A stretch of DNA of 64,000 bases, taken from the NCBI RefSeq assembly GCF_009914755.1, contig NC_060927.1; one strand, given 5' to 3'. The notes under the pieces were generated by a model. The model ran no database searches, was not told where the DNA came from, and saw only the letters and a list, made by a program, of their open reading frames with translations. Below, piece after piece: positions 42,094 through 64,000 of the stretch (position 1 is the first letter of the stretch; every line of letters starts with the position of its first letter). The translations under genes and the position numbers were made by a program. The stretch is from the human T2T-CHM13v2.0 reference genome, Homo sapiens.

Positions 42094-42898
42094 TGATATG
42101 GAAGGGTGGCAGGGGAGTGCTGGGTAGAGAAGGGTGGAGTCCCTGGCTAGGGCTCCGCCCTTGGGCTTGTGCCTTTGGACCTTAGTGAGAACTGGCACTC
42201 CTGTTTTCATGACCAAATGTTGCATTTTCCAAGACTACTCTGGCCTGCTATGACCCCCATCCTGTGCCCATAAAAAACCCAAGACCCTAGTGGGCACAGA
42301 CACAAGTGGCTGGACATTGAGAGGAGGAGAGAAGCAGAAGAGCACACCGACAGACATCAGCAGATGCTGGCAGGCTTTTGACAGTGGGGAGATGTGGAAT
42401 TCAGTTGGGGGCTGTCGGAGGAGAGTCTGGCTGCTAGGCAGCCCGACTCTAGGGGAAGACCACCTTCCCATTGCATCCGCCTTCTGGCTCCCCATCCATC
42501 TGAGAGCCACCTCCTCCACTCAATAAAATCTTGCATTCATTCTCCAAGTCCACATGCGATCTGATTTTTCAAGTACACTAGGGCAAGAACCCGGGATACA
42601 GAAAGCCCTCTGTCTTTGTGATAAGGCAGAGGGCCTAATTGAGCTGATTAACACAAGCCACCTGCAGATGACAAAACTGAAGGAGACCTCTGTAACACAT
42701 GCCCACTGGGGCTTCGGGAGCTGTAAACACCCCGAACTGAATTCCACACGCTGCTGTGGGGCCAGAGCCCAGAAACGCTCCCCACGACATGCCCGTCTGC
42801 ACGCTCCCTCTAGGGGTTTGAGCAGCAGGGTACTGAGAAGCGAGCCATGCCCCTGTAGCTTGCCCTGCAAGGGGGATAAGGTTACTCCTCCTGTTTCA
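42094..42898 (+). mobile_element. ERV1 solo LTR (MER50-like)
   Basis: TG...CA ends, internal aataaa, 4-bp TSD atgt. Confidence 0.8.
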
Positions 42899-43229
42899 AT
42901 GTCTGGGTCAGAAAACTTGGTCTGGGATGGCCCACTGAATGGTTTGGAGGGCTATTTCCCCTTCAGGAAGCACTAAGGTATCGGCCAGGAGCCAAGAAGT
43001 CCTGAAGCACCTTTATAAACCAGGAAAAAAAATTGGGGGAGTATCCCCTGGACGTGTGGATGCCCATCCTGAGGGAGGCTTTCATTTGCTCATCTCCCAC
43101 TAGTGAGGCCATGCCTTATTGGGATGAGAGGATGCAGTTTCATTTCAAGAAATCACTCTTGGCTCTGTCTTGGTTCTGAAGAGGAAAGACAGGCAGGGTG
43201 ACCTGTGCAGAGAGGTGATGGTGGGGCTC

Positions 43230-44600
43230 TGCTGTGGGTTGAATGGTGTCCCCTCAAATTCACGTTCATCAGTGTGGGGAAAAGCAAGAGAGATCAGATT
43301 GTTACTGTGTCTGTGTAGAAAGTAGACATAAGAGACTCCATTTTGTTCTGTATTAAGAAAAATTCTTCTGCCTTGAGATGCCGTTAATCTGTAACCCTAC
43401 CCCCAACCCTGTGCTCCCTGAGACATGTGCTGTGTCAACTCAGGGTTAAATGGATTAAGGGCTGTGCAGGGTGTGCTTTGTTAAACAAACGCTTGAAGGC
43501 AGCATGCTTGTTAAGAGTCATCACCACTCCCTAATCTCAAGTACCCAGAGACACAAAACACTGCGGAAGTCCACAGGGACCTCTGCCTGGAAAAGCCAGG
43601 TATTGTCCAAGGTTTCTGCCCATGTGATAGCCTGAGATATGGCCTCCTGGGAAGGGAAAGACCTGACTGTCCCCCAGCCTGACACCCATAAAAGGTCTGT
43701 GCTGAGGAGGATTAGTGAAAGAGGAAGGCCTCTTTGCAGTTGAGATAAGAGGAAGGCATTTGTCTCCTGCTTGTCCCTGGGCAATGGAACGTCTTGGTGT
43801 CAAGTCCGATTGTATATTCCATCTACTGAGATAAGGGAAAACCACCTTAGGGCTGGAGGTGGGACATGTTGGCAGCAATACTGCTCTTTAATGGATTAAG
43901 ATGTTTATGTGTATGCACATCAAAAGCACAGCACTTAATTCTTTACTTTGTTTAAGATGCAGAGAGCTTTGTTCACGTGTTTTCCTACTAACCTTCTCTT
44001 GGCTATTACCCTATTGTCCTGCCAAATCCCCCTCTCCGGAAACGCCTGATAATTATCAATAAATACTAAGGGAACTCAGAGGCCGGTGCCTGCATGGGTC
44101 CTCAGTATGCTGAACGCCCGTCCCCTGGGCCCTATTTTCTTTCTCTATACTTTGTGTCTCTTTCTTTTCCAGGTCTCTCATTCCACCTAACGAGAAACGC
44201 CCACAGGTGTGGAGGGGCAACCCACCCCTTCAATCAGGAACCTCAGAATGTGACATTTGGAAATTGGGTGGTTGCAGATGTAACGAATTAACTTGGCGAC
44301 ATACTGGAGTAAGGTGGGCCCTTCACACCATATGACTGGTATCCTTATAAGAAGAAAAGAAGAGACTCAAAGGGAAGACAGCTGTGTGCAGCTGGAATGA
44401 TGCATCTGAAGCCAAGGAATGCCGCGTATTGCCGGCCACCACCCAAAACTGGAAAAAGTCAGGAAGGATTCTTCCCTAGAACCTTCAAAGGCAGCACAGC
44501 CCTGCCAACACCTGCATTCAGACTCTGGCCTCCAGAACTGTGAGAGGATGAATTTCTGTTGTTTTCAGCCACCCAAGCTTAGGAAATGGGTTGCAGCAGA
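43230..44600 (+). mobile_element. MLT1-like MaLR LTR split by LTR5
   Basis: tgctgtgggttgaatggtgtcccctcaaattc resumes after the LTR5 as gaacctcagaatgtgac...ctggcctccagaactgtgaga. Confidence 0.75.
43273..44232 (+). mobile_element. HERV-K(HML-2) solo LTR5 (LTR5B-like)
   Basis: tgtggggaaaagcaagagagatcagattgttac...gcaacccaccccttca; TSD atcag. Confidence 0.95.
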
Positions 44601-45267
44601 CTGGGAATAAGACAGGCAGCCAGTCAGCCTCCGTGGAATTCCCAGGCAGCTTGCAGGAGCCACAGCGGGCCCTGGGCTCTGAGAAGGTCTGAGGCCCAGC
44701 AGGCGCAGGGGCCTAAACTATTTATCGGCAAGGAGGAAGGAAGGTTCATCCAGAACGTGGATCCCCTTCCTCCTTCTCACACCTCACAAGGTCACAGCGA
44801 GGTGGCTGGGAGGAGAGCCAGGGACTTTTCACTGAGGTGTGTGGGAGACAGCTTGGCAGCCCTTGGACTCTGAAGGGAGGAGGTGGTGGGAAGGAGGGCA
44901 GCTTCGGAACTTCCCAGTTCCTGCTTGATGACCTGTGTGTAAAGTATTCCTGTTTAGGTCTCAAAATCCTCTCAGAAACATAATTCTCAGAAAATCCAGG
45001 CACCCAATCCAGCTCCCTGGCCTTCCCTGAAATCTGAAGTCAAAGGGGCTGAGCCAGCCTGCCCTGGGTGTCAGGCCTCTGAGCCCAAGCTAAGCCATCA
45101 TATCCCCTGTGACCTGCACCTACACATCCAGATGGCAGGTTCCTGCCTTAACTGATGACATTCCACCACAAAAGAAGTGAAAATGAAAAGGCACACAGCG
45201 CTGGCACAGGCGCTGGGAGGCGCACAGGAGACCTCAGGCCCAGGCTCCACTCCCCAGCTGTGAAAGG

Positions 45268-45402
45268 ACCGCTGGCTGGACCCCCAAGCTAGCCCACCAG
45301 GCCTCCATAGAGCTGCTCAGCATGGCCGTGGCCAGTACCAAGAGACGGTGGGAGACGGGTGAGGTACAGGCTCAGTCTGCGGCCAAGACTCTGTCCTGCA
45401 AG
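45268..45402 (+). pseudogene. LSP1: LSP1-derived exon
   Basis: Translates to TAGWTPKLAHQASIELLSMAVASTKRRWETGEVQAQSAAKTLSCK, versus LSP1 TAGRTPKLARQASIELPSMAVASTKSRWETGEVQAQSAAKTPSCK as recalled. The symbol names the parent gene. Confidence 0.92.
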
Positions 45403-46600
<1,198 letters not shown>

Positions 46601-47197
46601 ATCTGGCACTTGGCACTCTGCAGCCACGGGGATGAGGCTGAGCACTGGTTCTCGGCCTCATGGCGCCGCTGGGGCCACAGCCTGACTTCACCTCCCCTTC
46701 ACCCAAGTCGTGTGATGGGCACGTGTGAGGAGGGGCAATCGGGGTTCCCAAGGCTGCTGCCTGCATGTCACTCCGTGGCCACTAGGATAGGGCTGAGGAG
46801 CTACCAGGGGATGAGCACATTGTGGCCATCAGGATGGGGCTGAGAGTCTATCTTTATCCTTATGCACCTGCCCAGCCGACTTCCCGACAGCCACTACTGC
46901 AGCGTCCTGTCAGGGAGTCCTTGCTGTTGGGGCTGGGATGGGGAGGGCATGGAGAATCAGGGATGGTCTGGCCATTGCTGCTGGTGCCTGATGTGCAGGT
47001 GGCAGCTGCACCTAGGGCATGGGCTGGTAGTTCTTCTCTTTTGGATGGTTTCCAGGTGGCCCATTGTGCTGTGACCAAGCCAGAGGGTCCACTCCACCTT
47101 AGCCCACACTAGGAGTCCAGGGGCTACAGGCGTGGGTACTGTGTGGCCAACCAGAAGGGGCTCAGCAGCCAGTTCGGCTTTCCTGCCTTTGCAGGGC

Positions 47198-47908
47198 TTT
47201 TTTAAATTTTTTTTTTATTTAACATTTTCTAAAAATACCTACGAACAAAAAGATGCATATCAAACACATTAGGAAGGTTGCACATGGGAAGACGGGGAAT
47301 AGAAATGGGGGTGAGAATGAAAGAAAAATAAATGAGACAGGAACTTTGTATGGATCAATGATAATAACTCAATCCTCTATGTCTTTGACAAGAAGGAGAA
47401 GGAAGAGGAAGAAAAAGAAAGTGGGATAAAGGATCAGAAAGGGAGGAAAATAGAAAAACTTAGAGTATAACTCCAGGGTAGACCTGTTTTGTTGTTGCTG
47501 GGTTGGTTGGTTGGTTGCTTTGTTGTAATTTTCATATGTTTCGCCATGTTGGCCAGGCTGGTCTCGAACCCCTAGCCTCAAGTGATCAACCTGCCTCGGC
47601 CTCCCAGAGTGCTGGGATTACAGGCATGAGCCACCACGTCCAGCCCCCACACTGCGTCTGGCATCCGTGGTAGACCTCCCAGACAGAGCAGCCGGGCAGA
47701 GGCGCTCCTCAGTTCCCAGATGGGGTGGCCAGGCAGAGGCGCTCCTCACATCCCAGACGATGGGCGGCCGGGCAGAGGCTCTCCTCACTGCCCAGACGAT
47801 GGGCGGCCGGGCAGAGGCGCTCCTCACTTCCCAGACGGGGTGGCCGGGCAGAAGGGCTCCTCACTTTCCAGACGGCGAGGCCGGGCAGAGGCTCTCCTCA
47901 CATCCCAG
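47198..47908 (-). mobile_element. 5'-truncated VNTR-composite retroelement, LAVA-like (VNTR-U1-Alu fragment-U2-L1-like-polyA)
   Basis: Minus strand: six SVA-type VNTR units (47676-47908), GTCTACCACGGATGCCAGACGCAGTGTGG, sense Alu left arm (47538-47645), pyrimidine-rich unique segment, AATAAA/poly(A) (T-run 47198-47220 on +). Confidence 0.75.
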
Positions 47909-48242
47909 ATCCACAAAAGAAGTGAAAATAGCCTTAACTGATGACATTCCACCATTGTGATTTGTTTCTGCCCCACCCTAACTGATGTACTTTGTAATCT
48001 CCAACACCCTTAAGAAAGTTCTTTGTAATCTCCCTCACCCTTGAGAAGGTTCTTTGTAATTTATAATTCTCCCCACCCTTGAGAATGTACTTTGTGAGAT
48101 CCACCTCCTGCCCACAAAACATTGCTCCTAACTCCACCGCCTATCCCAAAACCTTTAAGAATTAATGATAATCCCATCACCCTTTGCTCTCTTTTCGGAC
48201 TCGGCCTGCCTGCACCCAGGTGAAATAAACAGCCTTGTTGCT
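47909..48242 (+). mobile_element. LTR7B-type HERV-H LTR fragment ending at its poly(A) site
   Basis: atccacaaaagaagtgaaaatagcc, repeated ctttgtaat...cacccttgagaa units, cacccaggtgaaataaacagccttgttgct, then poly(A); U5 absent. Confidence 0.88.
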
Positions 48243-49721
48243 GGAAAAAAAAAAAAAAAAAAGAAAGAAAAGTGAAAATGGCCTGTTCCTGCCTTAACTG
48301 ATGACATTGTCTTGTGAAATTCCTTCTCCTGGCTCATCCTGGCTCAAAACCTCCCACACTGAGTACCTTGTGACCCCCACTCTGCCCACCAGAGAACAAC
48401 CCCCCTTTGACTGTAATTTTCCTTTACCTATGCAAATCCTATAAAACGGCCCCACGCCTGTCTCCCTTCACTGACTCTCTTTTCAGACTCAGCCCGCCTG
48501 CACCCAGGTGAAATAAACAGCCATGTTGCTCACACAAAGCCTGTTTGGTGGCCTCTTCACATGGACGCGCATGAAAGTGGGGTCCTCATGCCCACCAGTC
48601 CAGAGTGCTCTCTAGAGGAAGGCTACAGACACTTCCTGGCTCACTCATCCAGATGTTAGCTGTCTTGGTGAAACTCCTTTTTTCACCCTTGAAAACCACT
48701 GGAAGAATGGCCAAGAACCCAGCTATCCTGAGTAAGTTCACTTAGAGAAGCAAAATCTAACATGAGTGGCAAAATGGACATTGGCACCAGGAGTGTGGGT
48801 CAGAATCCTGCCCCTTGGAACTACATCATCGCTTGTACAGTGTACCCCCCAGGCACCAAGAGACCAGGCCGAGACCCTTCAGTGTCCCTGGGCCTCTGGT
48901 CAGTGTCTTCCCACCTGGCACACAGGCAGGCCCTCATAAAACAATGAGTACTGAAAGTTCCTGCCTTCTTGGTGGGTTCTCAGCACCCCGTCGTGAGCCA
49001 CACCCTGACCCAGGGAAATCAGGATCACCCTGATGCTACCCGTAGGCTAGTGCCCCTTCTGAAGTGCCCCAGGCTGGCACCCCTATACTTAGATCTCTTC
49101 AGCCTCCTCATGAAAACCTTCTTGTCCATCACCCCAGCAGTCCCCACACTGTGCAAAATGAGCAGCTGACCACACGTCAAATCAATTTTCAGAGTTTGCC
49201 TTTGGTTTAATATTGACGGCTCATCCAAAAGATCTTGTCACTATAGCTAGATGAAAAAAATGACAAGGCTCTGGAGAAGCAGAGCCACAACATGGAAGAT
49301 ACCTGGGTCCCAGGTTCATGAGGAGAGGAGCTGCCTGCTCCACAGACTGTCACATGAGTGGGAATGAAACTTTTTCTGCGTTTAGACCATTACCTTTCTT
49401 CAGTCTGTCCCATAGTCTACCCCCGCTAAACAGAACTTGACCTCCACCAGACCGTTTACATCAAGACCTGTATGTGCAGTGCAGTGGCCTGAGCCTCCAA
49501 TCCATGCCCCACCTATCCAACCGGCCTTGCCATATTCTTACTCTGAGAGTGGTATTCTGGGGACAGAAGCTCAGTGCATAGAATTGACTAATGCCAGATC
49601 CTTCAGGCGCTTTGCACTTTGAAGTCTATCTGTCCTAGCACATTCCAAGTACAAAGAAGACACTTCAACAGTACAACCTGGCCTACACTCAGTTCAATTC
49701 CTTCTTCAAAAACCTAGGCCC

Positions 49722-50004
49722 GGCCAGGTGTGGTGGCTCACATCTGTAATCCCAACACTTTGGGAGGCTGAGACGGATGGATCACCTGAGGTCAGGAGTT
49801 CGAGACCAGCCTGGCCAACATGGTGAAATTCCATCTCTACTAAAAATGCAAAAAATTAGCCGGGTGTGGTGGCACGCCCCTGTAATTGCAGCTACGCTGG
49901 AGGCTGAGGTGGCGGAATTGGTTGAACCCCGGAGGTGGAGGCTGCAGTGAGCTGAGATTGTGCCACTGCACTCCAGCTGGGGAAACAGAGCAAAACCCCA
50001 TCTC

Positions 50005-50043
<39 letters not shown>

Positions 50044-50047
50044 ACAA
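49722..50047 (+). mobile_element. Alu with (CAA)n tail
   Basis: Full dimer; caa repeats at about 50004-50047. Confidence 0.95.
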
Positions 50048-50059
50048 AGAAGCCTAGGC

Positions 50060-50966
<907 letters not shown>

Positions 50967-51588
50967 TCTGCTCCATTTTTCTATGAATCTAGAACTTCTC
51001 TAACACATTAAGTCTATTTAAAAGGAAAAAAAAAATCACAAAGGTAGCATTACCTTTGTGAGGAGAGGAGCTAACGTTAGGGAGGGGAGAACGAGGAGAT
51101 CAGGCAAGCTGGCCATGCCCTGTTCCTTGATCTGCATGGCATGCATGTGCTTTACTTTGTGAAAGCTCACCCAGTTATCAACTTTGGATGTGTAAACAAA
51201 AATGTTTAAGAAAACTTCACCTGCAGTTATCTGATCCACACTCTTAAGCAATAAAGAAAGCCTAGGCACACGGAGCCTTGGGTAACTCATGGAGCAAGGG
51301 GGTGTGGAATGCCTTCTGTAGCCAGCCTCAGTCCCACGAGGATGTGCTGCTGGGTGACAGCAGGACAGGTTCATGAGGACCAGCCATCGCCCAAATGCTC
51401 TGTTCCTCCAGGCTGCCTGCCTATGTCTCAAGCTGTTTGGTCTACAGTGCCCAAAGGTCAAGAAGAAGGACAGTTAGAACAATCCCATGGTTTCAGCAAC
51501 ATGGAGGCCATCAAGAACCATTTTGAAACCATATGGAATGGGGGGTGGGACAGAAGCTTGTTTGGAAAAGGTTGAAAAGTGAGTGGAG

Positions 51589-51918
51589 GGGCCAGGTGCG
51601 GTGGCTCACGCTTGTAATCTCAGCACTTTGGGAGGCTGAGGCAGGCAGATCACCTGAGATGGAGAGTTCAAGACCAGCCTGACTACATAGAAAACCCCCG
51701 TCTCTGCTAAAAATACAAAATTAGCCGGGCGTGGTGGCAGGTGCTTGTAATCCCAGTGAGGAAGCTGAGGCAGCTGAATGACTTGAATCTGGGAGGCAGA
51801 GTTTGCAGTGAGCTGAGACTGCGCCATTGCATGCCAGCCTGGGCAACAAGAGATAATCTCCACCTCAAAAAAAAAAAAAAAAGAAAAAGAAAAAGAAAAA
51901 AGGAAAGAAAAAAGAAAA
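51589..51918 (+). mobile_element. Alu
   Basis: Dimer plus tail; TSD aaaagtgagtgg. Confidence 0.93.
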
Positions 51919-51952
51919 GTGAGTGGGAGGTAAGAAAGTCAAAGATGGTCCA

Positions 51953-52722
<770 letters not shown>

Positions 52723-52781
52723 TACAGTTTGTATAGATGACTGTGGCAACAGTGTGGTGAAGATGAGAGAAACAGAGCTGT

Positions 52782-53476
<695 letters not shown>

Positions 53477-54315
53477 TCATATGTATTAGATTTCTTACTG
53501 TGGGTTATGGTCCGACAAGTTTGAAGGGGGATATTGTCGAGAGACTGCTCAAAATGATGAACCGTGGGCTCCAAGCTAATTATAAGAAAGGAAATGAGCA
53601 CAGAAGAGGCAAGGGGCCCAAGGGATCAGAGATTCTGATGAGGACCAGCAAGGTCAGAGTGAGGGAATCACACAGCAGGCTGGAAAGGCAGGAGGCTGTG
53701 CCCATGAGTTGTTTGAGGAGTGATTTCAAGGTGGATTTGCAGGTTATGGAAAAGTCCAGGAGTGGCCATAGAAGGAGGTTGGTGGAGAAGGTTGCTGGAA
53801 ACAAGGATGCCAGGACTGAGAGTGAAGATGCCCTGTGGACCAGGCATCTCCCAGGATGAAGGTAGGAAGTGGGTTGGAGCAGGAGTCAGCTGCCAAGTTT
53901 GTCCTTAAACAAAAGGCAGATGACAGATGAGCTGCTCCCAATCTAACGCCCTTTTTGGCATTCTCCTTTCCCGGTAGGCAAGTTCACGCATTCCAGTGTG
54001 CTGGGCAGAGTCATGCCACTGAACTTCCCACACCTTGGTTTCTTGGCTGGTTGAAGAGAGATCCTTTTTAAAGAACAGCTACTAATGCAGCTGTTTATTA
54101 ATGATTCCCTCCGGGTAAAATTAGCCATCATGTTGGATCAGTCAAAACTGCTTTATTTCTTAATAATTTCAGCCAGAGCTTGTACGGTCTAACTCTATTT
54201 GTGGGCAAGTATTTGCCATCCTGGAAGACGGCAGTTGTGCACACTCTGTTAAGAAATCAGTCCTGGAATCCAGTAGAACTTGGAGATGCTCTGTTGATTC
54301 TTGTTAAACTGGTGA

Positions 54316-54782
<467 letters not shown>

Positions 54783-55011
54783 TGAAAGGCTTGGGTGGAG
54801 CAAATCTTAGAAAAGCTTAGATCAAAGTTCTCAGGTTTTCATTTTTAGAATACATATTAGGAGTTCACGACATGAACCCCTAAGAGTGGAGGGAGCTCTC
54901 CTCTGTCTTCTGAAAGACACAGGGAAATCCTTCTTGGGATTGGCATCCTCATCACATTTACAATGAAAATCCATTAATATTCAAATAATCCAGTGACTAT
55001 AGAAAGACCAG

Positions 55012-55617
55012 CGTGAGAGGAAAATAAATCTTGGGGCCCCATACTTACTAAGCCAAAGGGAACAGTCAAGCTGGGAACTGGGTCACGCAAACCTGCCTCC
55101 CATTTGGTTCCTAACTAAGATGGCTACAAAGATAAAAAGCTACATACATCGCTCACCTTTTGCCCACAAGGAGATTCCTTGCAGGCCCCAAGATCTTTAC
55201 TTGAAAACAGTTCTGTTGAATTTCACCCTGGCAATATCAATTGATAGCTTATCCACAGATGCGGGACGGGACAGGACAGAACTCAAAGTCATCCTTCTGC
55301 TCGCCTGAGAGCAATCACAAATGTATATCTGATTTCTGATTGCTTCCTCTGCCCTGTTGTTTACATCATCTTATGTAAAATTGCAGATTCCCTTAGCCAG
55401 ATGAAGTGACAGCATGAATGACTATTTCCTCTACTCACCCTCATATGAAACTTGTATATTCCCCCAATATCCATCCTTTCCCCTTTAAATATTGAAGCCC
55501 TTAAAATTATCTTTGGAGAAAGGCATAGACCTGTCTCCCTGGTGGATGTCCTTAACTTTGGCAAATAAACCCCTTAAAATGATTACAACTTGCCACGGTC
55601 ATTTTCATTGATTTATA
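55012..55617 (+). mobile_element. ERV1 solo LTR (MER4-family-like)
   Basis: gaaaataaatcttggggcccc...gtcaagctgggaactg...cttaactttggcaaataaac; 4-bp TSD ccag. Confidence 0.75.
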
Positions 55618-55685
55618 CCAGAATGAGGTAAATAACTGATTTTCAAAGAATCATGGTATGTGTCCCAAAGTGTTCTAAAGGAGTG

Positions 55686-56525
55686 TGATATTTTGAAATA
55701 TATATTTGATCTTTCACATGTTTCCTTCCATACAACTCCTAAAACCCTTAGAATCTCCAAAGTGATGTGTTTTGGTATGCTAATAAGTTGACTGATGGCT
55801 GGCAGCCCCTAGCTATCTTCAGAATGGGGGCCAGTCCCTGGAACGACCAAGGCAAGATTAGAGAGTTGGGACTTTGAGCCTAACCCAAACTTCCAGGGAG
55901 AGGAGAGGAACTGAAGGTTTTATTGGTCACTAATGGCCAGTGATTTAATCAATTGTGCCTAGGTAATGATGCTTCTATAAAAGTCCAAAAGAATTGGGTT
56001 TGGAGAGCTTCTGGATAGCAAAACATGTACAAGTTTCTGGAGGGCAGGGCACCCAAGGTGGGCATAGAAGCTCCACACTCCTTCCCCATCCCTTTCCCTG
56101 TGTGTCTCCTCATCTGTATCCTTTGTAATAGCCTTTATAATGAACTGATAAACATAAGTAAACTTCCCTAAAGTTTTTCTGTGAACCCTCCATATTGATG
56201 GAACCCAAGGAGGGGGTTATGGGATCCTCAACTTGAAGCTGGTTGTTCAGAAGTTCTGGAGGCCCAGACTGTGACTGCTGGGAAGAAGGGCAATAATCTT
56301 GGGGACCCAGCCCTCAATCTGTGGGATATGATGCTATCTCCAGGTAGATGGTGTCAGAATTGAATTGGAGTATAGCCAGCTGGTATTTGCTGCAGAATTG
56401 ATTGTTTGCTTGTTGGTGGGGAGGAATCCCCAAACATTTGGTCACAAAAATATTCTGTGTTGATTGTTGTTGAGTGAAAGAATAGAGAAAGTATTTTGAG
56501 TTTGTGTGTGTATGTGTTTTCACAC
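55686..56525 (+). mobile_element. MER21-like LTR (5' LTR)
   Basis: tgtgatattttgaaatatatatttg, cagcccctag, gctatctccaggtagatggtgtcagaattgaattg; followed by a primer-binding site. Confidence 0.75.
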
Positions 56526-56528
56526 AAC

Positions 56529-60950
<4,422 letters not shown>

Positions 60951-60954
60951 GCTG

Positions 60955-61730
<776 letters not shown>

Positions 61731-61783
61731 GCTGGCTTGCACGCTTTGTGAGTGTGCACTCATCCTTAGCATTAGTGGTCTAA

Positions 61784-62168
<385 letters not shown>

Positions 62169-62476
62169 AATGAACAGTTCTTGAATGAATGACACAATGA
62201 AGAAGACTACCAGAACAAGAGCAGATCAAAGGTGAATAAGTGAGTAGTAGCTTCTGATTAATCCTCATCAGCAACCAACATAACCCAGGGCTTATAGATT
62301 TCTCTATGTAATATGCTACACACATGTCTACGGAAAGAGAGAGAGAGAAGCACATCAGTCAACCAATTTTAAAAAGTTACTCTAAATGTGCTGTGTTGGT
62401 CTTGTATTACAATCTTTAGATTACAGTATTATTTTATTTCAAACAGGACTGGTAGAAACTTCTTCATGCCTTTTCA

Positions 62477-62755
<279 letters not shown>

Positions 62756-63900
62756 TTAGATTAATTGAAAAGTAACTGGATCAATCCCCCTTTACCCCAA
62801 GCATCTAAATGGAACAATTTGCTTTTCTTTTCTTCGGGATGCAGCATAATCCTCAAACTACAGAGCCACTTGGCAATGAAGCCAGGATCACAGTGCATTT
62901 GATAACTTAATGCAACTTTTTACTAGCACTTAAAACTCAGATATGAAATCTATACTTGATCTTTTCTGCTTGGAATTGGCCAAATTAGTGGTTCTGCCCC
63001 AGTATACAACAAAAGGCTCTCAGAAACACTCAGGGTCGCTAACCAATCAGAAGGACCAACAGAGCTCGACAAACAGACAAGGGGGTGGAAGTGCACCGCC
63101 TTCCACCCCACCCGCTTAGACAGCCTTGCAACTCCGCCCACTTTGAGGATGTGTAGGATGATCAAGGTAAGCATGATACCTATCTTAACTTCAAGGTAGA
63201 AATTAAGGCTTGAGGGCACTTATTTGGTGCCTTATTCAGTTAATTGGAAGATTATATGGTAATTTCACTGCTCATAATAATTAAACCTTTTTTTTTCACT
63301 TTAGGGATGATAATGACATTTGGAGACTAGCACTGTAAACCTCAAAAATCTATTTTGAAGATGACTGGATTTAGGAGCAGGACAGGTTTGCTGTACACTT
63401 GAATGAACATGCTTTGTTCCCCAAAGCAGCAAAAAAGCCAGAGTCTGGAAGTTTCTAAAACTTGAAGAAGACGCAAGTGGCAAATCCAAAAAGCTGTGCC
63501 TAGAGAACAGGTCAGTTGACCGGCTGTATCTATTCCAGGCTCCCGAGTGGCTCGGTGGAGGATTTCGGACAGGTCTCTCAGTTTCCCCTTCTTTGGTTTC
63601 ACCTTAGAGTGAGAGAAAGTCACAGCATTTCTTCCTTTGTATTTCACAGAAACACAGGTGGCTGGATTGACAGTCAGCAAATGTAAAGAAATACAGGCGC
63701 CCACATGGCACTTATGCTGGCCTGGCCTCAAGCTTCATATTCATCCTTAATTGGTTCCCTGGCACACTCACCAGTGACCTGGCTCCACTTCACCAAATGG
63801 ACCCAAGGGCCCACACTTTCTTAATTCTCCTGTAGACCCTTTATTCACTCCCCCTCATCCTTTCTTTGCTGGCGGTGGTCGCTTCTGACTGCCCGAATCC

Positions 63901-64000
63901 TTTTTTTTTTTTTTTTTTGAGATGTAGTCTCACTCTGTTGCCCAGGCTGGAGTGCTGTGGTGAGATCTCAGCTCACTGCAACCTCCGCCTCCCCAGTTCA
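63901..64000 (-). mobile_element. Alu running off the window end
   Basis: Poly(T) then gagatgtagtctcactctgttgcccaggctgg. Confidence 0.9.

Noticed and set aside
47676-47908. Canonical SVA element
   Set aside because: No hexamer head, Alu-like domain or SINE-R; the VNTR is joined to a different 3' module.

Overview
Primate, most likely human, DNA from an OR7E-type segmental-duplication block. Family assignments come from recognising motifs from memory; no database search was run. No intact protein-coding gene is supported. Left half: two minus-strand OR7E olfactory-receptor pseudogenes flank a ~12 kb block of palindromic SATR-type satellite. That block carries an LTR-less ~4.1 kb HERV-E-like gag-pro-pol fragment. 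A ~22.6 kb-period tandem duplication is also present, and its second copy has gained an LTR5 solo LTR. Right half: Alu/LTR-rich DNA with an orphan EVA1C-like exon, several solo LTRs, a decayed MER21/ERVL-type provirus and a truncated U2 retrocopy. The most striking element is a ~3.1 kb poly(A)-tailed insertion with a target-site duplication (45186-48269) inside an LTR7 solo LTR. It reads as a retrocopy of a spliced chimeric RNA: LSP1 exon + STRN exon + antisense ANKRD36-like exon 1/CpG island + an antisense VNTR-composite element resembling the supposedly gibbon-specific LAVA retrotransposon + an LTR7B poly(A) site.
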